NCBI GenBank assembly: GCA_003193925.1
Contig: PSPG01000004.1
Coordinates: forward strand, 1-64,000
Reading direction: 5' to 3'
From: Candidatus Thalassarchaeum betae
Lineage (GTDB): Archaea; Thermoplasmatota; Poseidoniia; Poseidoniales; Thalassarchaeaceae
DNA: 64,000 nucleotides
Every line of letters begins with the position of its first letter. The first letter of the stretch is position 1. The translations under genes were made by a program, and so were the position numbers. Shown here piece after piece: positions 55,145 to 63,406 of this stretch. The notes below the pieces were generated by a model, which saw nothing but the letters and a program-made list of their open reading frames with translations, had not been told where the DNA came from and ran no database searches.

Positions 55145-55939
55145 GTGGGACTACTCGAGAAGGCAGGCAAGATTCAGAGTGAGGATGAGGCAGTTCCTGC
55201 TGCCGAGGACGACGCTCCAGCCACTGTGGTCCTACCGGATCCCAAACCCGTCAAAGAGAAGTCTGCTAAGAAGTCCAGGTTGCGCAGGGAGAAGAAGCCG
55301 AAGAAAGCGACGAAGGAGAAGAAGGTCCGAACGCCTAGAGTCATGCCCGATGGTTTCGATGCGGCCACTAGAGGTCAAGCAGTTCTCCGTCGATTCGTCG
55401 ATTTCCTAGTCAGCTATGGATGGTCAGTCCCCTTGATTGCGATAACGGCATGGGGATCATATTTCAATCCGACACCGATCGTCATTCTTGGTCTCGCACT
55501 AATGTTCCTCAATCTAGTGGTTGTGCCCAGAAACAGCGGTAGGACCATTGGGAATTGGGTCAGCCGAACCAGTTACGTCAATACTCGCGGAAACTCTCCT
55601 TTCTATGCCTATCCCGCGCTGAAGGGCCTGACTTTCATCTTCGTGATGCTAGGCCTTTTCACCGTTTTCTCTTTCACTTCGCAAGGTATGCCGGAGTCGG
55701 ATCTCGGGAAGGTCGGTACCATCGGTGGAATGCTGGTTCTCTTACCACCACTAGTCGATTGGCTGATGAATAGATTTGGCTCTTCGGATCAAGGTCTGTG
55801 GGAAACCCTGTTTGGAGGGGTCTGGCTCGTTCGAACTACCAAATCTGACGATGCCAAAGGTTTCTGGAAGCGCCTCGAATCCATCGCCGACTACACTGAA
55901 TCGAAGGGTTTACTCGAGGACGAATCGGGCACTGAATGA
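55145..55939 (+). CDS. Membrane protein, RDD-like, with Lys-rich N-terminus
   Basis: RRFVDFL, GRTIG, QGLWETL pattern with 4 TMs; probable GTG start at 55145. Confidence 0.6.
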   Translation: MGLLEKAGKIQSEDEAVPAAEDDAPATVVLPDPKPVKEKSAKKSRLRREKKPKKATKEKKVRTPRVMPDGFDAATRGQAVLRRFVDFLVSYGWSVPLIAITAWGSYFNPTPIVILGLALMFLNLVVVPRNSGRTIGNWVSRTSYVNTRGNSPFYAYPALKGLTFIFVMLGLFTVFSFTSQGMPESDLGKVGTIGGMLVLLPPLVDWLMNRFGSSDQGLWETLFGGVWLVRTTKSDDAKGFWKRLESIADYTESKGLLEDESGTE

Positions 55940-56998
55940 TTACTCTGACTCAGAATCCTCATACCGCTGCTTGGCTAACGCCCTCATGTCCTCGTGGTGG
56001 AACCCGTTATCAATCGCCTCTTGATCAGATTCGTCTACAATCTCCACTCCCAGCAGCGTTTCTATAACGTCCTCCATAGTAATCAATCCAACGGTTCCTC
56101 CAAAGTCGTCGTTGACGATGAGTAACTGTACCTTATTCTCTAACAGCACATCCAGGGCCTTATCCACCGAGTCATCGTGCCTGCAATGAAAGACCTGACG
56201 AGAAATGCTCTCCATAGAACTGGAGTGGTCATCGACGGCAGCTCTACGAAGAATCTCGTTTCGGAGAACCATTCCTCGCACGTCATCGATGCTTTCCCCG
56301 ATTAGGGGCATGCGTCCATAGATCATTATTGGCATCCTCTCTAACACATCAGAGACGCTCTCCTGCTGGGAGACGGTCGTCATGACGACCCTAGGGGTCA
56401 TTACGTCACTGACCATAATCTCACGAAGACGCAGCAAGTTCTGTATGACGGTCTCTTCATCTTCGTCTATCACGTGAGTCTCCTCAGCTATATCAGCAAG
56501 AACAGCCAATTCGGTTCTGGTCATGGTCTCGCTCTGGGCGGCGGGCAACAATGAGCGGAGAATTTCGATCGGCCGGACAATGGGCCAAAGTGCGATTATC
56601 AATATTCGGAGCACCGTAGCCGATGGCACCGTGAGTCTCCTCCAATACAACGCGCCGATGGTTTTAGGCAGGATCTCACTTAACAGTAGAATCGCGATAG
56701 TCAGTATCGCTGAGGCTACAGCCACACTGTATTCTGGGTACACTTTCTGAACTTCGTATCCGACACCGAGTGCTCCGACGGTATGGGCCGTGGTGTTCAG
56801 AGTAAGTATGGCCGTGAGAGGGCGCTCGGGATCATCCTTGTAGCTAATCCATAATTCGCTGATTTTCGTATGGGTATCTTCCAGAGCCAAAATGTGGCTC
56901 CGCGTAGTAGACAAAAGGACTGCTTCCAATATACTACAGAGGAACGAGGCTCCCAATGCAAGCACTACATAGGAGATTATCAGCGTAAAGTCACCCAA
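55940..56998 (-). CDS. CNNM/CorB-HlyC family protein (DUF21 + CBS pair)
   Basis: SFLCSILEA.L.S, LTAIL.LNT, SEILPK, VMTPR, V.DDFGG..G.IT.EDV.E.LLG.EI.DE.D. Confidence 0.9.
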   Translation of the reverse strand: MGDFTLIISYVVLALGASFLCSILEAVLLSTTRSHILALEDTHTKISELWISYKDDPERPLTAILTLNTTAHTVGALGVGYEVQKVYPEYSVAVASAILTIAILLLSEILPKTIGALYWRRLTVPSATVLRILIIALWPIVRPIEILRSLLPAAQSETMTRTELAVLADIAEETHVIDEDEETVIQNLLRLREIMVSDVMTPRVVMTTVSQQESVSDVLERMPIMIYGRMPLIGESIDDVRGMVLRNEILRRAAVDDHSSSMESISRQVFHCRHDDSVDKALDVLLENKVQLLIVNDDFGGTVGLITMEDVIETLLGVEIVDESDQEAIDNGFHHEDMRALAKQRYEDSESE

Positions 56999-57133
56999 TT
57001 CTATTGCCTCTTAGAGTCCATCGAGTAGATTTGGACGATAACCACCGGCATACACATTGTGCGGCTCCGATGGCGGGGCGGGGCGATGATGACATAAATA
57101 TGTGGCTCTGCGACATCCAACTAGACCCAGTGG

Positions 57134-59353
57134 GTGTCAACCGTGGACTATGTAGCGATATTTATGGCATGGCCATATGCTAACGGCCCCCTTCATCTGG
57201 GTCATGTTGCTGGAAACTGCCTCCCAGCAGACATCCAATTCAGGTACGAACGAGCCAGAGGGCGGCGGGTACTAATGTGCAGTGGCTCGGATGAGCATGG
57301 CACCCCTATCACCCTGACAGCCGAGGAGGAGGGCACGGAACCTCAGGACATAGTCGATCATTTCCACCAAATCAACAAGAAGGCCCTCATTGACATGGGT
57401 TGCTCGTGGGTCATGGATGTAGATCCCCGTGGTCCTGAGTACGGAGGGGCCCTGTACAACAGGACCTCGGATCCTCGACACAAGGAGCTGGTTAGAGATC
57501 TATTCACCTTAATGTTGGAAGCGAAGATGCTTGAGAGGAAAACGATGCAACAGTATTGCTCGGTCTCCAAGGACGGCTCAATTCGCTTCCTACCAGACAG
57601 GTACGTCGAGGGAGATTGTCCTGTCTGCTCCTTCTCCGGTGCGAGAGGCGACCAATGCGATGACTGTGGAGCGACATACGAAACTCACGAACTCATGAAT
57701 CCCATCTCCAAACTCGATGCAGATGCTAATATTGAAGTTCGTAATACAGACCACCTTTTCTTCAGACTCGATTTGTTCCAGGATTCACTGAATTCGCATT
57801 ACTTGGAACGAAAGGAGGTCTGGAAGCCCAATGTCCGCTCTATGACCAAGAACTGGCTAGACATGGGTCTCAGGCCCCGTGCGGTAACCCGAGACATCGA
57901 TTGGGGGATTGAACTTCCTCTGTCAGGATCTGAATGGGATTCCAAAAGGGTCTACGTCTGGTTCGAAGCCGTTCAGGGGTATTACACATGCGCGCGCATC
58001 TGGGCAGAAAGGTTCGCTGATGAGGCAGGCCATCCAGATGGAGTAGACGCATGGAGGAATTGGTGGACCGTCTCCGAGGATGGTTACGTACCCAAGCACC
58101 TGTACTTCATGGGAAAGGACAACATCCCGTTCCACACTATCATATGGCCTGCCATACTGATGGGGATTAACTCTGCCCAGTCCGGCAACCCAGTCTCCCA
58201 CACCCCTTTGCCCAATGATTTGGTCTTGGAAGCCAATGTCCCGGCCAATGAGTATCTGATGTTGCAAGGCGGCCAATTCAGCAAGAGCAGGAAGCATGCT
58301 GTCTGGTTGCCGTCTTTCCTAGAGAGGTTCGACCCCGACACTTTGCGATATTACCTATCGATCAACATGCCCGAGGGACATGACACTGATTTCAGATGGG
58401 ACGAATTCGTGGATCGTGTCAACAATGAACTCATTGGTACCTACGCCAACTTCGTACATCGGGTGATGACTCTATCCCACAGGCTATCCAATGATGGTTC
58501 GAACCCACTCTCTGACTTCGATTCACCCGACGAACATACAGAAGCACAGTCAATCATCTCCAGACACCTCGAGGATGCCATCCAATCGATGGAACGCCAG
58601 AGGTTCAAAGAAGCACTACGCAGCATCATGAACATCGCTCAATTAGGCAATTCAATACTACAAGAAGCCGCTCCTTGGAAGCACTTGGATGGTGATGATA
58701 CCCCGGAGACGCGGAAATCGCTTTCCTCTCTGGCATTCACTTGGAGAATGTGTCGTGGTCTCGCAGTCACACTGCGCCCCTTCATTCCCTACCAATCAGA
58801 TAGACTGTGGGCGATGCTAAATGAACCATCAGACATCGATAGCATCCTATGGGATGATGCCTTTTCCTATGATTCTCGCCTCGAGTGGAATGTTGATGAA
58901 CCCGCACCCCTCTTCGAGAAGTTAGATCTCGAGGAGATCATTTCCACTGAACAATCATTGGCAGAAATGGAGTCGGACAGCAAGGTCAATGACGTAAGCC
59001 GCCCCCACAATCAACCAGAGAGTGATTACATCGAGTTCGAAGACTTCCTCAAGGTCGAGATGAAGACAGGTAAGATTGTCTCAGTTGAAGACCACCCTGA
59101 TGCCGATACTCTCTATGTGATTATTATCGAAGACGGACCTGATTCGACTAGGACGCTATGTGCCGGATTGAAGGGGATCTACGAGCCCTCGGAACTTGAG
59201 GGATTGAATGTCGTGTACGTAGCTAATCTGAAGCCCCGAAAACTCAGGGGGGTGCTCTCTGAGGGAATGCTTCTGGCCGCAGATGATGGTAAAGGCGGGG
59301 TTTCCGTCCTGACATTGGACGGTGACATGCCACCCGGATCAGTCGTCCGTTGA
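57134..59353 (+). CDS. metG: Methionine--tRNA ligase with C-terminal OB/Trbp111 domain
   Basis: PYANGPLHLGH, DEHG, CPVC...CDDC knuckle, YVWFEA, GKDNIPFH, QFSKS, NLKPRKLRG..SEGM. Confidence 0.97.
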   Translation: MSTVDYVAIFMAWPYANGPLHLGHVAGNCLPADIQFRYERARGRRVLMCSGSDEHGTPITLTAEEEGTEPQDIVDHFHQINKKALIDMGCSWVMDVDPRGPEYGGALYNRTSDPRHKELVRDLFTLMLEAKMLERKTMQQYCSVSKDGSIRFLPDRYVEGDCPVCSFSGARGDQCDDCGATYETHELMNPISKLDADANIEVRNTDHLFFRLDLFQDSLNSHYLERKEVWKPNVRSMTKNWLDMGLRPRAVTRDIDWGIELPLSGSEWDSKRVYVWFEAVQGYYTCARIWAERFADEAGHPDGVDAWRNWWTVSEDGYVPKHLYFMGKDNIPFHTIIWPAILMGINSAQSGNPVSHTPLPNDLVLEANVPANEYLMLQGGQFSKSRKHAVWLPSFLERFDPDTLRYYLSINMPEGHDTDFRWDEFVDRVNNELIGTYANFVHRVMTLSHRLSNDGSNPLSDFDSPDEHTEAQSIISRHLEDAIQSMERQRFKEALRSIMNIAQLGNSILQEAAPWKHLDGDDTPETRKSLSSLAFTWRMCRGLAVTLRPFIPYQSDRLWAMLNEPSDIDSILWDDAFSYDSRLEWNVDEPAPLFEKLDLEEIISTEQSLAEMESDSKVNDVSRPHNQPESDYIEFEDFLKVEMKTGKIVSVEDHPDADTLYVIIIEDGPDSTRTLCAGLKGIYEPSELEGLNVVYVANLKPRKLRGVLSEGMLLAADDGKGGVSVLTLDGDMPPGSVVR

Positions 59354-59884
59354 ATCGGGCATGTCGAAGAATTCCCATTGTATCTGGGACAATTCTGAAT
59401 TTGTCTGTGCTAGGCTGTATGCTTTGAGTGGTTCGTGATTCAGACTGAGAAACTGATTTCCAAAACCGAATGGTCGAATTATGGATCTAGCTTGCTCCCA
59501 TCGACCAAGTAGAATTAGCGATACGCATAGCGCTTCTGCTGTGGATAGCCTACCCGGCTTGCCCCATGACACTGGATTAGCAGCGAGCACTATCGGCAGA
59601 GTCCGATGGTTCAGGCTGGTAATCCAGGAAATCTCGCTAAGTGATTCATTGAGTTGCTTCCAAGAGCAGTCAAGTGCCACTATTGCCGCACCGCGCTCCA
59701 TTAGCGCTCTATCATCAGGACCTAGTAGGACCCCCGAATTGGGATTCAATAGAACCCCCCGCTTGGGGGAGTATTTGGCATCGTAGTGTAAAATGGCGTG
59801 CCCTCTACGTTCCAGTGCCCTTGCCGTACACTTCCTAGCATCGTCCTGATTGAGATGTATGACATGCAAGGGAACGTCAATCAT
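59339..59884 (-). CDS. tsr3: SSU rRNA aminocarboxypropyltransferase Tsr3
   Basis: DDARKCTA, LDCSW, RTLP..LAANPV.WG....LSTAEA, F..G..FL.LN...L..Y. Confidence 0.92.
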   Translation of the reverse strand: MIDVPLHVIHLNQDDARKCTARALERRGHAILHYDAKYSPKRGVLLNPNSGVLLGPDDRALMERGAAIVALDCSWKQLNESLSEISWITSLNHRTLPIVLAANPVSWGKPGRLSTAEALCVSLILLGRWEQARSIIRPFGFGNQFLSLNHEPLKAYSLAQTNSELSQIQWEFFDMPDSTDD

Positions 59885-60392
59885 CGGAGCCCTCCCCAGA
59901 TAGAAATTCATCTAGGGCATCAGCGATTGTGACATTTCTACTCGGTCCACGGCTTACAGCAGTATCGTACTTACCCCTTGGTTTACCGAATAATTCTATG
60001 TCCAGCATCTTCTCTATCTTGGTGAGTAGAGCATCGGTTGGCCTAGAGCCGTTCTCGACTTTCTGCACAGCATTGAGTCTCTCGTTCATGTGCATTGCGA
60101 ATTGCTTCTGATCCCAACCTCTTGAATCTCGAGCTTCGCGGATTCGGACATGGAAATCCGGCATCAGTTCCTTCGACTCACTACGCATTATGTCACCTCG
60201 TGTCGGAGGCCTCCTAGGGGTACTGGTCCACCCCCCTCCTGTAGGAGTGACTCGACTCTTTTTGTAAGGGGATTCATACAAGGAGAGATCCATACGCTCT
60301 ATGCATCTGTTGCATGCATCAACATTGACCTTGGAGACTATGGCTTGACGCGTCGAAACGTTGTCGGTACCGCATAACTCGCAGGTGCCCAT
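59877..60392 (-). CDS. mbf1: Archaeal multiprotein bridging factor aMBF1 (Zn ribbon + HTH)
   Basis: CELCG...CNRC, IREARD..GW.Q, VENG..P, KIEK.LDI.L; adjacent to PAN. Confidence 0.9.
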   Translation of the reverse strand: MGTCELCGTDNVSTRQAIVSKVNVDACNRCIERMDLSLYESPYKKSRVTPTGGGWTSTPRRPPTRGDIMRSESKELMPDFHVRIREARDSRGWDQKQFAMHMNERLNAVQKVENGSRPTDALLTKIEKMLDIELFGKPRGKYDTAVSRGPSRNVTIADALDEFLSGEGSDD

Positions 60393-60465
60393 GGCAACCG
60401 ATTCCACTCATACGAATTGATTCTTCCGTGGGAACCGTCAAAAGCAGGCATCGACAGTTAATGTC

Positions 60466-61704
60466 GTGGCGAGCGAAGTGGATGCTCCTCCATTGGACAA
60501 GGAAAATACGAAAATCCCCTCATACCAGAGCCCGAAAAGATCCATCGACAAACTTCAAGTTGAGATGAAAGAGCTTTCCGAGAAGGCTCAGCAATTGCTC
60601 ACGGAGAAGCTCTTCCTTGAGAATGAATGCGCCCAGTTGAAAAAACGTGCCAATAGGCTTGATGAAGAACTCAGGAACCTCAGAACTCCCCCTTACGTAA
60701 TCGGGTTCATCCAAGACAGAGTTGGGGACAATGCAGTTGTTAGAAACTCAAATGGAACTGTCTTCCTAGTAAGTGTGAATCGGCGCTTGGACGAGTCTTT
60801 GCTGATTCCCGGTGCCAGAGTCGCATTGAATCAGGACTCTCTGTCGATAATCGAAGTGCTGGATAATTCCTGGGATCCGTTAGTATCCGGAACTGAAATC
60901 ATAGAAAAACCTTTGACGACGTTTTCTGATATAGGAGGATTAGACGAACAGATCAAGCAAATCAGGCAGGCCATCGAGTTACCCTTTGAGAGACCCGAAG
61001 CCTTCAGGGAATTCGGCATAGAACCCCCTAAGGGTGTTCTCATTACCGGACCGCCAGGGACCGGGAAGACCATGCTAGCCAAGGCTGTTGCAAATTCTAC
61101 TGAAGCCACCTTCTTGGGATTGGTAGGTTCCGAATTGGCCCAGAAGTACATCGGCGAGGGTGGACGCATGGTCAGGGAACTGTTTGACCTTGCACGCAAG
61201 CGTGCTCCTGCCATCATTTTCATAGACGAAATTGATGCTATAGGCTCCAAGAGGCTCGATATGGCTACTTCTGGTGACCGCGAGGTACAGAGGACTCTCA
61301 TGCAATTACTGGCTGAGTTGGACGGTTTCGAAACTTTGGATGATGTGAAGGTTATTGCGGCGACGAATAGGCCCGAACTGCTCGATGTAGCCCTACTCAG
61401 ACCCGGAAGATTCGATCGGATCATCGATATCGAACTACCGAACTCCGAGGGCAGACAGCATATATTCGAGGTACATTGCAACAACGTGCCCCTAGACAAA
61501 CAAGTGAACATCAGGAAGATGGCAATCGCTACTGAGGGCTACAGTGGTGCAGAGATCAAATCTATTATAATTGAAGCAGGCATGAGTGCGATCGCCGATT
61601 ACAGAAATCGGTGCTCGGCCAAGGATTTCTCTTCAGCACTGACAATCATGGACCGAAAGCGCAAGGACAGCCTGCACAATGGTCCTGATTCCCTATACAG
61701 CTGA
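60466..61704 (+). CDS. pan: Proteasome-activating nucleotidase
   Basis: Coiled coil + OB fold, GPPGTGKT, FIDEID, DREVQRT, LRPGRFDR, C-terminal HbYX (LYS). Confidence 0.96.
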   Translation: MASEVDAPPLDKENTKIPSYQSPKRSIDKLQVEMKELSEKAQQLLTEKLFLENECAQLKKRANRLDEELRNLRTPPYVIGFIQDRVGDNAVVRNSNGTVFLVSVNRRLDESLLIPGARVALNQDSLSIIEVLDNSWDPLVSGTEIIEKPLTTFSDIGGLDEQIKQIRQAIELPFERPEAFREFGIEPPKGVLITGPPGTGKTMLAKAVANSTEATFLGLVGSELAQKYIGEGGRMVRELFDLARKRAPAIIFIDEIDAIGSKRLDMATSGDREVQRTLMQLLAELDGFETLDDVKVIAATNRPELLDVALLRPGRFDRIIDIELPNSEGRQHIFEVHCNNVPLDKQVNIRKMAIATEGYSGAEIKSIIIEAGMSAIADYRNRCSAKDFSSALTIMDRKRKDSLHNGPDSLYS

Positions 61705-61742
61705 TTAGCAATCCTCATCACTCCATGCCGCGACCCCGTATC

Positions 61743-62786
61743 GTGTCAGACCGTTGGATCGAGTGCGTCCCGAACATCAGCGAAGGCAGGGACGAAGAAG
61801 TCATCGAGGAGATTGTGGACTCTGCAAGGGGGTTCCACGGATCGGCTGTACTCAGTGCTGAACCCGATGCGGACTACAATAGAACGGTCATCACAATCGC
61901 AGGTCAGGCCGAACCAGTTACGCAGGCGGTGATATCACTGATTAGGAAATCTGCTGAACTAATAGACATGAGGCTGCACTCTGGTTCCCATCCTCGAATG
62001 GGGGCTGTAGATGTATGCCCATTCGTGCCCCTCGCCGAAGGTACACATGGCGATTGCATGGCTTCAGCAACGTCAGTTATGGAAGCTGTTGGAGATGATA
62101 TCCCTGTGTACTTGTACGGAGACGCAGCGACATCTCAACCGCGGGCGCAATTGGCTAAACTCCGAAGAGGTCAGTATGAAGCCCTTGAGGCGAGGCTATC
62201 AGGAGGTGTATGGGATGATGAAGATACCAGATTTCCGGATCGCTGGTCTGGCTCGTGGGGTGAGTCCGAGAAGAGGTTCGGGGCAATGGCGGTTGGGGTC
62301 AGACCGGTATTGGTCGCATTCAACGTGAATGTTGACGAATCAGAGCCCCTCGTGTCGAAAGCTGCGGCACAGCTGATTAGGACCTCGGGTAGGCTAATCA
62401 AAGGCACTGATGGGAAAAAGATGAGAATTCCCGGGATGCTCCAGAACGTACAGGGAATGGGAGTCGGCCTGCCCACGAAAGGGATTTGCCAGGTTTCTAT
62501 GAACCTACAGGATGTGTCCATCACACCCTTGCACATGGCATTCGAGGCAGTCAATTCAATCGCCGCAGATCATGGTGTATCCACATGTGGGAGCGAATTG
62601 ATCGGACTAGTGCCGTTGTCAGCAGTACTCGAAAGCGGCAGATGGTATCATGAAGATCCTGGCTCAGCGAATGCAGAGGAGTTAGTTGATGCTGCCGTTA
62701 TGGGGCTGGGATTGGACCAACTCGAGCCATTCGATGCCCACAACAGCATCATAGAGTGGTCTTTAGCAAGGAATCTCGGTGATTAG
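61743..62786 (+). CDS. ftcD: Glutamate formimidoyltransferase
   Basis: IECVPN.SEGRD, D.DYNR.V.T, IDMR.H.G.HPRMGA.DVCPFVP, QVSMN, GSELIGLVP; alternative start 61725. Confidence 0.93.
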   Translation: MSDRWIECVPNISEGRDEEVIEEIVDSARGFHGSAVLSAEPDADYNRTVITIAGQAEPVTQAVISLIRKSAELIDMRLHSGSHPRMGAVDVCPFVPLAEGTHGDCMASATSVMEAVGDDIPVYLYGDAATSQPRAQLAKLRRGQYEALEARLSGGVWDDEDTRFPDRWSGSWGESEKRFGAMAVGVRPVLVAFNVNVDESEPLVSKAAAQLIRTSGRLIKGTDGKKMRIPGMLQNVQGMGVGLPTKGICQVSMNLQDVSITPLHMAFEAVNSIAADHGVSTCGSELIGLVPLSAVLESGRWYHEDPGSANAEELVDAAVMGLGLDQLEPFDAHNSIIEWSLARNLGD

Positions 62787-62787
62787 C

Positions 62788-63405
62788 ATGAATGGCGGGT
62801 ACGAAGATGTTCTCCATCATATAGCATCTGATTCACCCACCCCTGGCGGTGGTTCGGTAGCCGCACTCTCCCTCGCTCATGCCCACGCTCTTGCCTCTAT
62901 GGTGGCAAGACTGACTCTAGGCAAGGAAATATGGCAATCAGGGCACGAATCCGCTAATCACGTGCTTTCCGAGTCATCCGTTGGTCAGCAGACAGCGCTA
63001 ACCCTTGCACATCGCGATGCTGAATCTTTCCAAGCTGTCATGCAGGCTTACCGATTACCCAACTCCGGCGACCATGAAGTATCTACTCGCAAGGCCGCGA
63101 TTATGGATGCTTACATAATAGCTACATCAGTTCCCTTAGAGACCGCTCAGAATGGACTGGGACTTCTCCTATTACTGGATGAGATGGCCATGTCATGCAA
63201 TGCTAATGCTATTACAGATCTGGCGGCTTCCGCAGAGATGGCCAACACCGCCATCATTATTGCAGGATTGAACGTGAGAATTAATCTGCAGTCACTACCC
63301 GATGTTAATGCTGATGCGTTCTCCAATGAATTGGCTGATGTCAAGGAACAAGCCTCGTCGCTAATTGGAAAAATCAGAACCACCGTGGAAGACAGGATGA
63401 AATGA
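62788..63405 (+). CDS. Formimidoyl-THF cyclodeaminase
   Basis: ASDSPTPGGGSVAAL, D..SF..VM.AYRLP, VPLE.A, N.NAITD, LNV.INL; SD GGTGA at 62778. Confidence 0.9.
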   Translation: MNGGYEDVLHHIASDSPTPGGGSVAALSLAHAHALASMVARLTLGKEIWQSGHESANHVLSESSVGQQTALTLAHRDAESFQAVMQAYRLPNSGDHEVSTRKAAIMDAYIIATSVPLETAQNGLGLLLLLDEMAMSCNANAITDLAASAEMANTAIIIAGLNVRINLQSLPDVNADAFSNELADVKEQASSLIGKIRTTVEDRMK

Positions 63406-63406
63406 T

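Noticed and set aside
62770-62790. Frameshifted, formerly fused FTCD (pseudogene or programmed frameshift)
   Set aside because: Both halves are intact, the second has its own SD (GGTGA) and ATG, there is no slippery site, and split FT/CD genes are common in prokaryotes.
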